Part shown: positions 26,637 through 38,948 of the stretch, piece by piece | How positions within the stretch are numbered: the stretch's first letter is position 1 | Layout: the number at the start of each line of letters is the position of its first letter | Assembly (NCBI GenBank): GCA_977016875.1 | Contig: CDRNST010000080.1 | Coordinates: 682,001-746,000 of the forward strand | Reading direction: 5' to 3' | Source of the DNA: Pavona decussata | Taxonomy: Eukaryota | Length of the DNA: 64,000 nt | The notes under the pieces: generated by a model | The model's input: only the letters and a program-made list of their open reading frames with translations | Databases searched by the model: none | What the model was told of the DNA's origin: nothing | Program-made: the position numbers and the translations under genes

Positions 26637-28516
26637 CTGTAAATAAGTCATTTGATAAAAAAACAAATTTGAGGTTATTCTTTGATTATCTTATAACATG
26701 CTGACAAAATCACATCAGCCGAAGTTTATCACAAAATACAAGGGCTGGGTAGAAATCAATCAGTAGTTTCACAGGCGATAATGGTAGCGTACACTGTACA
26801 TTTTACTCACCACTTGCTTAAAAGTTTCCTTTAAACCCAAAATGTGATCTCTTATTAATTCAAAGACAAACTGCGTGGATCATGTACAAGGAGGCGTATT
26901 TTGTAGAATGCGGACAGATATTTTTAACTGATTATACCGTCACGTGATTTTGCGTCACCGAGTTCAAATACAGAAAGATGAGTTGAACACTTAAAAGTTC
27001 AATTTTTTTTTTCCGAATTCTCAGCTGGTGAAAAATAATTCAAAATAACCAGTGAAAATAGTGTTACCCCTCGTGGATTGATATTTATCGAACAAAGGCA
27101 ACACAGCAATGACTATAGATTCGTTTTCAAGTTCTAGAATTCTGGGTGTTTTGTTTTCTAATTTTAGTTTCCTGTTTTTCGTTTTCGAAGGGTTTTTTTT
27201 TTTGACACTCTCCCGTCCATTGGCCTCAACAAATCATTCACAAAGCCCTCTCTATCACGTCCACACAGCAGCACATCTCTTCATGTCGCTGCGCTGACAA
27301 TCTCAAACGAAATTTCTTTAATCCATTCTCAGAAGAAAATGTTTGATGTATTTGAATGAATTAAAATAAATGATTGCTGTGTTTACAAACTTCAACGCGT
27401 TTCATTTTCGCCGAAGTGTTGTATGTTTTTGTTAGACATCGTTTGTTACACGTTGTAGTTTTTCGGGCTTCGATTTCGACTGTAGCTTTTTTTTAATCAT
27501 TGTAAGTTTACTGTTGATTGTAATTTTAGCTTTTTAGCCTTTTTAATCCGTTTTTAATCTTTTCATGCGCATTTAAACATTTCATAAAATTTGCTGATTA
27601 GAAATGTCATTATTATTATTAGCTTACTTATTTTTTTGCCTTCGATTGCTTCGTTTTGGACACAATCGATACATCAATCAATTTTGTTTACGAGGGTGAC
27701 ACTTAACAATCTTTTCCGACTGACAAACCTTGTTTCCCTCAGATTCCAGATCAAATTGGAATTTAGAAATGTTGGTTTTGAGGAGAGGGGAAAACCTGAA
27801 TTCTTGGAGAAAAACCTGTGACAATCTGGGAACGAAAGTTAATGAATCCATTCGATCATTGACAAAGGGCCTGTTTACAAGGAGAGCGGATAACTCTTGA
27901 AGAAAATATTTGGTGTCTGTGAACGAATTAAAACATTTGGTTGCGTTTTTTACGAGCTTCAATGGTATTCATATTTGAGTGTCGAATGCTTTTGTTTGGT
28001 ATCAGTTGCTGTACGTTGTAGTTTTGCGGGTCTCGATTTCGATTGTAGGTTTTTTATGTATTTGCCTTCGATTGTTTCGTTTTGGACTCAGTCAAAAATA
28101 CGTCTATGTCCGATCCTATCCCTTCCTTATGTCTCGGGATATTCACTACAGCTGAAAACAATATCGCTTAGGAGCCTTGCGTGCTAATATAATATTTTTG
28201 TGAAATATCAGCAAATTGCAATTTAAACAGCGTGGTCATTTATCAGCTTTGAAGTTGAAAAGAAAACTTTCGGCCTCAGTCATCTCCTTGATTTTTGCTT
28301 GACAAAGCATGACTAAGGATAACCAGGTGTGACGTATTTACTTCTAAATCAAAGTCAGGGAAACCCCCATTTTTGTTTTTAAACCACAAATAATCAATGA
28401 CTGATCAAACTGAACCTTCAAAAACATAAGTGAAGGCTTGTTGTGTATCGGTGCGCGGATGTGTCACATAATTTTATTTCCGTTGAAAAAATGCTGCAAA
28501 TATAATATTTGTCGAC

Positions 28517-30170
28517 ATGGCAGCTGCAAGATATTCGTCAGATGTTTTGCAAATGTTTAACGGGTCAATAAAAGAGGAGGAAAACGCAAACCTTCCTCGA
28601 CCATTACCTCCCGATTTGGTTGGTGTGTATTACGGGTTCACATTAGCCCGAAATAATTTTCAGGAAAGGCCTCGCGTGTGGAAAAAGGATGTACCAGAAG
28701 ATAATGAATACAATAACGATCTTTTAGTGTATGCAAGAGAAACGAATGCATGGTTCATTAATTTACTTGAAAAGGAAATCAAAGCTTTACAAAGCGTAAA
28801 TTAAAGTAAGTTTTTGGGCTGAAAGAAAAGTTTTCAATACAAAGAAATGGGGAAACACAATACATGGAACATTATTTTCGAGAAAATGACCCTCATGAGG
28901 ACCAGATAAAATTGAATTTGACAGATTTATTGAAATAACGAAGGGTGAAATTGAGGTGTGGTCGGAGCGGGGCTCGGGCTGGGTTATTAAAAGAATAATG
29001 GAGGCATACGTGAACTTTGCAGGCTATCAGCCACTGCGCAGAAGAACTTACTTGGGTCCCCCACAAAAGCTGAAAAACAAAGAAGCGATAATCAGGGATA
29101 ACGAATGTTTAACTGGGCGATCAGAGCTGCTTTATATCCCGCACCAAAACGTAAGAATCGAACCCATAAAGACAAAGCAGTTATCAGGTTGAAGATCGAT
29201 TACAAAGGTATTGACTTTCCAACACCGGTGAAACAAATATACAAGCTTGAGGCGCAAAACACCAACCTTGTAATAAATATAATTGGCTGGTAGACGGATT
29301 ATGTAATAGTGCACAGGTTAAGTAGGAAAGGAGAAAAGTACTTAGGGTAAACCTTATGCTTATTGAATCAGGTGAAAAGTTGCATACTATTGCGTTATGT
29401 GCTTCAGAACTTAAGACAAAGCACCTATCCGGTTGAAGATCGATTATAAAGGTATTGACTTTCCAACACCGGTGAAACAAATAGACAAACTTGAGGCGCA
29501 AAACACAAACCTTATGATAAATATATTTGGCTGGCAAAGGATTATATAATAGTGCACAGGTTAAGAAGGAAAGGAAAAAAAATATCAAGAGAAGGGATAA
29601 AGGAAAGCTAGCTACACTGGCAAGATGGAACTGCGTGAGGCGTGTGGGTTTGCTTACAAAGTTGTAAGGTCTGATGGTGAGGTCATTGGGCAAGGAGTTT
29701 ACAGAGATGAAAACGCGGTGGGAATGTTTTTAAATAGCATTATGCAAGAGGCGGTGGCAATAAGAGGAAATTTGGCCACCCCAAAGCCACTTGTGATGGG
29801 GGCAGAAGACTGGGAAAAACACAAAAACTCAACCAAATGTCATATTTGTAACAAAAGTTTGATAAAAGATCTCTTTTTGTTTCTTGTTTATGACCATGAT
29901 AAAGGTGACTATTGGGGCCAAAGTCACAAAAATGTTTTAACGAAGCACTGAAAAAAAAAAACAATTTGTTGGATCCAGAAAAGAAAGAAAAGAAAAAAAT
30001 ATGATTAACCAATGGATTACAAATAATCAAGTAACATGGTTGTTTGCTCAGACACTTTCATGATTGAGTGAAAACCACGAAGACTCTGTAAAGAACCATT
30101 GCCACGGGACCGCGTACAATGAATGTAATTTAAAATCACGAATAAACCCCAAGACGGACCAAATACCATT
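28517..30170 (+). pseudogene. Decayed Polinton/Maverick-type pPolB (copy 2, includes the N-terminus)
   Basis: Pieces WSERGSGWVIKRI, GIDFPTPVKQI, ACGFAYKVVRSDG, CHICNKSL, AYNECNLKSRINPKT. Colinear with 1-1461. Internal direct duplication of about 160 bp (29170-29330 and 29413-29572). Confidence 0.8.
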
Positions 30171-31019
30171 TATAGTCCATGGGCCAAGTCACTTTTCATT
30201 ACCACTCGGGGGGACGAAGGCCACCATATATCAAATTAAAGCTTATCATGTGTAGATTTCGAAAATATATGATGGAAATGTTGTTAGAGTAGCTTAAGGG
30301 AGTCACGTGACCTTGAATTTTGCATAATTAGCATAAATTAATAATATACTAAAATGCGGCTTTTAGCAAGTAATTCTGTAGATTCTGCATAAAATAAAGC
30401 GGGCATAGATGAAATATGATGTCTGTAAAGTATTTTGTCACTCTTAAGGATAAATAGTCACGTGACAGTGACGTCACTTCCGGTCGCGGTAAAAACCCCT
30501 CAATTTTTATCTATCTTTTCGCCTTTTTTCCCTTTTTTTTTTCTTTTATGTGATTCAAAAATACAATTCAGAGCATTTTTACCATCAAAAGCACTAAAAG
30601 ATGTAACAATTAGCGTTATTCTAAATGTATGTTAAAATAGGAATTAAACTGGGTACCTTGTGTTCTCAGAACGATTGGTGTTTCTCATGAAAAAAAGATA
30701 TCTGCTTTTGCTTTAACAACCAGTTGAAAATGCATTTCCTTTTTTCGAAAGAAAGGATCCCTCTTACATTCAAAGAGAGCAGGTTAAATTGAAAATTGTT
30801 ACCCTCCATCGGGTAAAAAAAATATTAACGGCTTTTAGCAATATCACTTATAAAAATATGCAATATGGCAACTGGTATTTATATGAATTGAATGCAAGGC
30901 ATACACTAGAAACAAACTGACTTGGACATGCGCGGGCGTAGCGTAAGGCACGCGTTTTTGTACAGCGTCTTCGTCCCCAATGCAAATGTTTAGAAATTAA
31001 CAAGCAAAGAATGAGGAAA

Positions 31020-34000
31020 TATACATTCATATGACCAGAAAAGGTCGAAAACACAAACGGGGTGACCCCGGTTCCGTAGAAGAAAGGCAGCCAGTTTCAA
31101 AGCGTACTAACATGGCGGCTGCCGAGGGCGAAACCTTCGAAACAGAACCTCCAACCACCGAACACCGCCTCCAAGAACCCAGCCTAACGGATATAAGAGA
31201 GATGCTAGTGGATATACAAATAACAGTCAATAATATTTTCCTGGAAAATAAACAAAAAATCAGTGAAGACGTAAAACAACTTAAGTGCACTGTAAACAAG
31301 CATCTATTTGAGATAGCGGACCTCAAGGCTGAGAACTCACTCAATCCAAGACACTGTTTGCAGCTACGGAGAAAGAGCTGGCTGGTGCTAAGAAACGAAT
31401 AAACGAGCAAGAAGAGGAACTATCAGAGCTTTCCGACCTTCTAGACCGTTTAGAACAATATACCAAAAAGAACTCTCTTGAATTCCATGGAATTCCGGAA
31501 AGTGCATACAACTTGCCAGAAGAGGCTATCTTCAAAATAGCGGAGGCGCTCGAGGTCCCTGTCAGCCCCGATGACATTGAAATCTCACATAAATTGAATG
31601 CTCGGGGCAACAAAGCAATAATAGCCAAATTCATCAGTCATAAAGTCAAGACGAAGTTTCACCGAACAATTAGGATCAAAGCTTAAAACATCAAACTGGC
31701 CAACCTCTTCCCCAACTCTTCCTAGGCAAAGAGAGTAGAATCAACACGGATCTTCATCAACGAAAACCTAACTTCCTACCGCCGCCGCATCATGTCTAGA
31801 GCTAACGAAAAACGTAGAGATGGCGAAGTATTGAGTGAGTGGTCTATGGACGGAACAATTTACGTGAAGACCTCGCCGGATGGGAGACCCATCAAGATCA
31901 ACGAATTAGAAGACCTCGAGTCTCTGTAGCCTGCCAAGTATTTCGGGAGACGGGGACGGACTCTGTCTGTTTGGAAAAGTGATTTATCTCTTTATCTTAC
32001 TTGCAAAAAGGTTTAGTTGCCCTCTCTTGTGCTGTTTTGTTTTCGTGTTGTTACCGTTTACAATGGTGTTTGTTTGTCCGTGAGCGTTTGTTTAGATTGT
32101 TTATACCTTTGATTTTTGTAACTTAATTCATTTTTTCCCTTTTTCTCTTTTATCATCTAATATGAATGCGGGTAATTTGTCCAAATTTGATGTCTTATCG
32201 ATTGAACGTTCGGGGAATCAGGGTTCAAATCAAAAGGAGGAGTATATTTTCATACCTAAAAGACCAAAAAGCAAACATTTATTTTTTACAAGAAACAATA
32301 CACGAGCCGATGAAAATATCTGGGGAAAAGAATGGGGTGGCGAGCTATTTTTTTCACATGGCACCAAGCATAGTAAAGGTGTGTGTATTCTAATTAACCC
32401 CTCTGTACAACCAAGAGTTGACTATTGTTATGCCAATGACTCAGGCAAAATAGTGCTTATTACAATCACTCTGAATGGCCAAAAATTATCACTGTGCAAT
32501 ATCTACGCACCTAATGACCAGGTCAATCAACACCAATTCATGCAAGAGCTCAACAATTACATTATCGATAAATCTTAGCTCACCTCGCTGATTGTCGGGG
32601 GAGACTGGAACTACACTTTATTAAAAAAAAAAAAAAGATAAAATCGAAGGTGCGACGTGGGAACGGTTTAGTTCACTATAATCTCATTCTAACCACCATG
32701 GAAATGTTTGATTTTTTAGATATTCAAAGAATGCGTCATCCAAAGTTACGCAAATTCACGTACGAATCAAAATCTTTAAAACTTAAATCTAGAATTGACT
32801 TTTTCTTGGTTTCAAAACACCTCTTTGGGCATGTAAAGAATTCTGAAATTTACCCTTCGATCGCGCCTGACCATGACGCAATTTACATTTCGCTATCGTG
32901 GTCCTGTAAACCTCCCCGGGGACCGGGACTTTGGAAATTCAACAACACCCTTTTGAAGGATACGCAATACGTCAGTGCGGTTGGTGATGCATACTCTCAC
33001 GTGTGCAGTTATTATAGCAATGTGACGGACAAGAGAATTTTTTTTTTTGAGTTAATGAGAATGGAAATCAGATCAGCGACTATTTCTTTTTTCCAAAATT
33101 AAAGCAAAATGTATCAGTACCCGAGAACAGGACTTAAGACGTAGACTAGAACAACTTAATGTTATTATTTGCAATTATTTTTCCTACCTGCAATCGATGG
33201 AGTACTACCAGAGTTTGACGGACTGAAATCGGAGCTCAAATCAATTTACGAAAAGAAAGGAAAACAGGCAATGTTCAAAGCAAAATCCCGTTGGATAGAA
33301 AATGGTGAACGCCCGACAAAGTACTTGTAGAGTGTGTGCACGACGGCCATTTTGGAGGACCGAAACAACACAATTATTTTCCTTTGGGAAATATATTCTA
33401 TTTCTATGCAAATATCTTCTATTGTTTTAGTCCTCCAACATGGCCGCCGTGCACACACTCTATAACAAAAAACTATTCGTGAACTTCGAGCACAAGATGA
33501 CTCTACCACGCGCAACGAGACAGCGATTCTAGAGCAAATAGAAAACTATTATAGAAATCTATTTACCTCAGAACTAACCTTCTCTGAAGCCGCATATGAT
33601 ACATTCACCAGGAATGTAGAAATTCCTAAGCTCTCAGAGGATGTTCAAGAAACTTTGGATGGTCCACTTACGTGCGAAGAGTGCAAAAAGACACTAGAAA
33701 CGTTTCAGAATGATAAAGCATCCGGGGAAGACGGATTTACCGTCGAATTTTATAGTTACTTTTTCAAACGTTTAGGAAACGATTTGATAGCAAGTTTCAA
33801 CAAAGCGCACGAGAAAGGTGAACTCTCCTTCTCACAACGGAGGGGAATAATTACTTTAACACCGAAAGAAGATGGGTCACTCTTAGACCTATCAAATTGG
33901 AGACCGATTACACTGCTTAGGTCTGCTTAATGCAGATATTAAAATAGCATCAAAGGCAATAGCTAAACGAATCGAAGCGACACTACCAAATCTAATTCAC

Positions 34001-35945
34001 CCTGACCAAACAGGCCGAGTAAAAGGGAGATACATAGGGGAAAATATTCAACTCATAAGCGACATAATGGATTATACGAATTGACAAAACCTGCCCGGCA
34101 TTCTAACGTCACTAGATTTCTGTAAGGCATTTAAATCGATTGAATGGCCCTTTATAATGAGGACGCTAGACTACTTTAATTAAGTTTAATAGTGACATCA
34201 AGCGCTGGGTCAAGATATTCTACACGAACATAGAGAGTGCGGTGCAAAACAATGACTTTATAACCAATTGGTTTAAACCGTCAAAAGGAGTGCGACAAGG
34301 TTGCCCCCTCTCCCCTTATTTATCAATTCTGTCTGCGGAGGTTATCTCAATTAAGATTCGTCAAGACCCCAACGTGAGAAGAATCAAAATCTTCGGTAGG
34401 GAAATCAAGTTGTCTCAATTCGCTGATGATTCTACTCTGTTTAACGCTGATTTAGAATCTCTAGAACTGGCTTTGAAAATTGTTGGGGATTTTGGAAAAA
34501 TTGCTGGTCTACCTCTTAATGTAAAGAAAACGAAGGCGCTTTGGTTAGGAAGATGGAAAAGCAATGGAAATAAACCTCTAGATTTAAAATGGTTCCATAG
34601 CCCTGTTAAGATACTTGGGATATATTTTTCATATATAATATTAAGGAAAATAACGAGCTTAACTTCAACAAAAAGATCAAATGAATGCAAACTAAGCTGG
34701 ATATGTGGAGTTTACAGGATTTGACAATATTTGGAAAGGCAATGTTAATTAAAACATCGGGTTTATCGCAACTGGTCTACTCGGCCTTTAATCTGGATGT
34801 CCCCCAAGGAATTGTGGACATCGTCAAAACAAAATCTTGTAAGTTCCTCTGGAAAAACAAAAAAGATAAAATAAAAAGATCAGGCCTCTACCAAGATTTT
34901 GACAACGGCGAAATACGTATGATCGATTTTGAGATAATGTTAAAGCTCTGAAACTCAGTTGGATCCCAAGATTGATGCGGACTTCGGACAATAGTAATTG
35001 GTGTATTATACCAAAACATTATTTCAGAAGGAAGTGAGGATTAAACTGTCTACTAAGGTGCAACTATGACACAAACTACTTGAACGACCTCCCGATCTTT
35101 TATAAGAAGATACTTGAAACCCATTTTTCTTAATGAATGGTTTCAGAAGTGTGTCCTTACCTTTAATGACCTACTGAACGAAAGTGGTAATTTTTTGTCA
35201 TTCCAAGAGTTCCTCGAGAAATATTCCTATAACTCCAATTTTTCTACAATATTATCAAGATGTTAGCGCTATTCCAAGACGTTTATTGTCTCTAGCCAAA
35301 TGCTCCGACACCAACAACAAATCAATCTTTACCAGAAATGATAATATCTTTTCCCTGAAAAAATCGCTCCAAATTAATTTGTCTAAGGCTAAGTCAAGGG
35401 ACTTTTATAATTTGCTTAACGCCAAAATGCAAACTGAAGAACAAACGGGCCCTAAACGTTGGAGGGAAAAACTTCATTAAACAAAGACGTTTGGACTAAG
35501 AACTTTAAATCACTGAAAACCAGTTGCAAGTAAACGAAATTTAAAGAGTTTCAATTTTAATTAATCCACAGAACGTTTACTTAGTAACTTAGAAAGAAGA
35601 ACTATTCAGATTTGGTATTAAGGCGGACGATGAGTGTCTATACTGTGAAGACAAAGATTCAATTGAGCACTCCTTTATCGAATGTATTTTCACCAAAATG
35701 TTTATGCAAAAGGTCGAGAGCTGGTTCAATAAAGAGAATGCGTGTCAAATCTCCCTGCCATAGAGGAAATCTTGTTTGGTATCACTGCAAGCTCCCAGGA
35801 CACAACAATACTACGGAAATTTAACTACACCACCTCATCTAAGCGGCATTATATTTTTATTCAAACAAGTTAAATAGCATGGCCATCTCCGTTCACGAGT
35901 CTATCAGTAAGATACCCATTAAATACAACCTTGAAAATTTGTCTT
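31020..35945 (+). mobile_element. Near full-length decayed L1/Tx1 LINE (element B): ORF1 about 31031-31929, ORF2 about 32166-35945
   Basis: ORF1 LEQYTKKNSLEFHGIPE and IFINENLT; APE LNVRGI, FLQET, NIYAPN, GGDWN, SRIDFFL, DHDA; RT WRPITLL, GVRQGCPLSP, QFADD. Numerous frameshifts and stops. Confidence 0.9.
33328..33462. mobile_element. Palindromic MITE inserted in element B ORF2
   Basis: TIR TAGAGTGTGTGCACG / CGTGCACACACTCTA interrupts the ERPTKY coding sequence. Confidence 0.8.
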
Positions 35946-38900
35946 AATTATATGTTTTATCGAGAAGTACTCCTCTCTCTATTCTGCTCTGCTGAAATAA
36001 GCTTTTTTGCCTTCTTTTTTATCCTTTTTCAAGGTTTCGATCTGCTTCTTTCTAATATCCACGACTCCTTTAGGGAGATTGGGGGATATTCCTATACCTG
36101 TGCCTTTGAGTTGTTTTGCCCGAGAAAAAACTTGCTCCCGGTCCCCATAGCGGGGGAATCGAGCAATGATCTAACGTGGGCTGCACTGAGACGCATCAAG
36201 CTTGCCGATTCTATGTACCCGTTGAAATTCGAATTGTGGTGAGTCTTCAAGGTTACCGGTAAACTTGTTCACCATGAAGTCACGAAACACTAGTCCCAGG
36301 TGTTTTCCTGCTCGTCCAATTGTTCTGGAATCCCGTAAAAACGAAGATTCTCTCTTCTTTGGTATGTTTCTAAGTACCATTGTTGCTGGCACAGAGTGGT
36401 TATCTCATCAGTAGTTTTATCGGCTTTTACTTTTATTTCTTCCACATCACCATTGAGAGAAGTAATTCCAGCCTCCATCTCACTTACCGCTTTGGCATTT
36501 TCCTTTAACTACCTTGTCCTGAAGTTGGAGACTTTAGCCTCGATACTGCACACATGCTTAGTTATACTGTCGGCTTTTGTCTCCAAACTGACCAGCTTGT
36601 CAAGGACAGAGCTGAAGGCCGTCCGCGTCTTCGGCCATTTCGAACGGCGTATGCATGTTACCGGCCTGTAATTCGCTAAGTTTGGTTCTCTTTTCCTCCG
36701 GAGAAGCGCCTTCAGAAGACTCAGAACTGGTTTTTCTGTCTTTTCTTTTGAAGGATTGAGTAATATCTTCCATAAACGCCTTCAAAATTGTGATTTAAGA
36801 AAGAGCTCGATTTAACCCGACTATGCTGAAGGCATGCCCGACCCAGTCCACCACCCTAGTCACCAGCTTCAAATTCCCTACTCGATCAAACAAACAGATC
36901 AAGAGTGTAAAGGGAATGATCACACAAATATCTTGATGATTAAACAAATTCTCTCCGAATTAGTGTCATAAGAACTGACTGGTCTCCAGGGAAACAGTTC
37001 ATTTTGTTTTTCCTCGAATCTCTGAAGTGTTTCCTAAGACAAAACCAAGGAAAACATTGAGATTCGAGGAAAACAAAATAAACTGGTTTCCAGAGGGACT
37101 GGTCATTAAGTGATTTGTTAAATTACACAACAAAGATATTAAATAGATCAAACGTGAAAAGCACGAAGAAAACACGCTGAATCTTTGAACAACATCACGT
37201 CACCCTCACTCACTCTAGATGTTCACACAAGCAAAGCAGCTTTTCCCTTCACAGGTTCAGGAACGTGAATCAAGAGTAGTGTACTCGATGGAACGGAAGA
37301 ACTGGATCCGGTTACATGCCTAGTGGCAAGAACAATGAAAACATTTTTGTTTTTCCACGAACGTTGGCCTGTGACTGTCTGTTTTAATTATTCTGTTCTC
37401 GTTTTCATATTATTAAAATAACAGAGGTCAAATATAATTATTTACTTATCGCACGAGTGGACCGCAAGGCAGATAAGGCCAAAATATATTGACTTCCATT
37501 ATCTCAACCTTCAAGCGAAACGAACATTTGTCTGAAAAAAAGCGTCGTGCAGTTCGAGATAACCGCAGTAAATTACTGTATGTAGGAAGTGTCCAAGGGG
37601 AACAAGTTTGTTTACTGACGAAATATTAATGGTGAGGGGTTAAACTTTTATAGACCGTGTCCGATATCTTGGCAGAGGCTATTGTATGTTTAAGTGGTGT
37701 TTGATTTATTGGTGTTCTTATTGCCATTTAAAAGCTGGTATTGTTAAGATTACCAAAGTTAAATCCTTTGATAAAACCAGGAACATGGAACATTCCGGAA
37801 CACGAAAAAAAAATTAAGATACAAAGAAAAAGATAAATTAAACAAACAGAAAGAAAAAAAGAAAAAAAAATGTGTGTAATATAAAATGAAATAACATTGT
37901 ATCCGAAAAAATTTCATATAAAAAAAGTACGGAGTAATTGGGACGGTAGAATAAATGGGGTCTTGTAACTGACCACACTGGATGAAGGCGCAAGTACTTT
38001 CCCGCCATTTGCAGCACGTGCTTATCGTCCGCTACGCCAGAAATATAAATGGATCAGTTCCGGCTCGGCTGACCAAAAAATCAATTTCCAGAAGTTCGGA
38101 GTGGAACTAAAAGTAGTTCGCGAAGTCTTTTTACTAAAACCCTCCCAGGTTCCCCGCGTCTTCGCCTTGGGCCTCACGTTCCGTATTTGTCGTTTGGGAT
38201 TTTGGACCCGTTTCAAGAACGAAAGTCACGAAAACTTCTCTGCCCTTCCATGCTGTTTTCAATGGATTTTATCTTAAAAACAAACAGGCCTAACAGGAAA
38301 CTTTGTTCACTAAGTGGCGTCTTACAATACCCAGCAGTTACCGAGAAAAGCAGTCAGTTATGATCAAGTAGATTATCAAGTGTTCTGCTCATAGTTTGAA
38401 TAAAGTTCTGCTTTTTTCCCTCAACAATTGTGTACAAATCGTGCTACATCCTGTGCAATTCTTTCGCTGCTTTTGGAATCGTTACAGGTGCTATTTCATA
38501 CCCGTTTTTAGATTTCCAGACCAAAGCAGCTCAAAAGCTTATATATAGGGGAGCACTCCCTCTCCCCCGGAGCCAGTAACAATTGAAAGACAAAAGAACT
38601 GTGACGACTGATGAACTTCAGTGCGTAACTTTAATGTCATGAAAAAAAAAAAGTTGCTTGTATGTCAGAACTTAAAAAAGGTATCTCTTGTTTTAAACGC
38701 TTTATTACGATAAACAAAATACAATCGAAAATAACAAATAAACAGAACATGACAACAACTACTGTTATTCAAACATTTATCATTCGTCATGATCCGTACC
38801 GTACATGCATCGGTCGATACTATTCTACACAGTGGCTATACACTAACGACGTATAGAAGTTGTAGAAAAAGCTACAGTTCTCTGTGGCTCAACCTAATTG

Positions 38901-38948
38901 TACATAATCACAAAAAGATTGTAGTCAGTTGCCAATGTATTAAGCAGA

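Larger units (their letters stand above)
30660..36830 (-). mobile_element. L1-type element A: ORF1 36773 to about 35950, spacer and ORF2 start about 31020-30660; interrupted by element B
   Basis: ORF1 pieces LETYQRRENLRFYGIPE, FEFQRVHRIGK and IIARF; ORF2 start LNVRGILSFEKRKCIFNW. Both on the minus strand, either side of element B. Confidence 0.7.
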
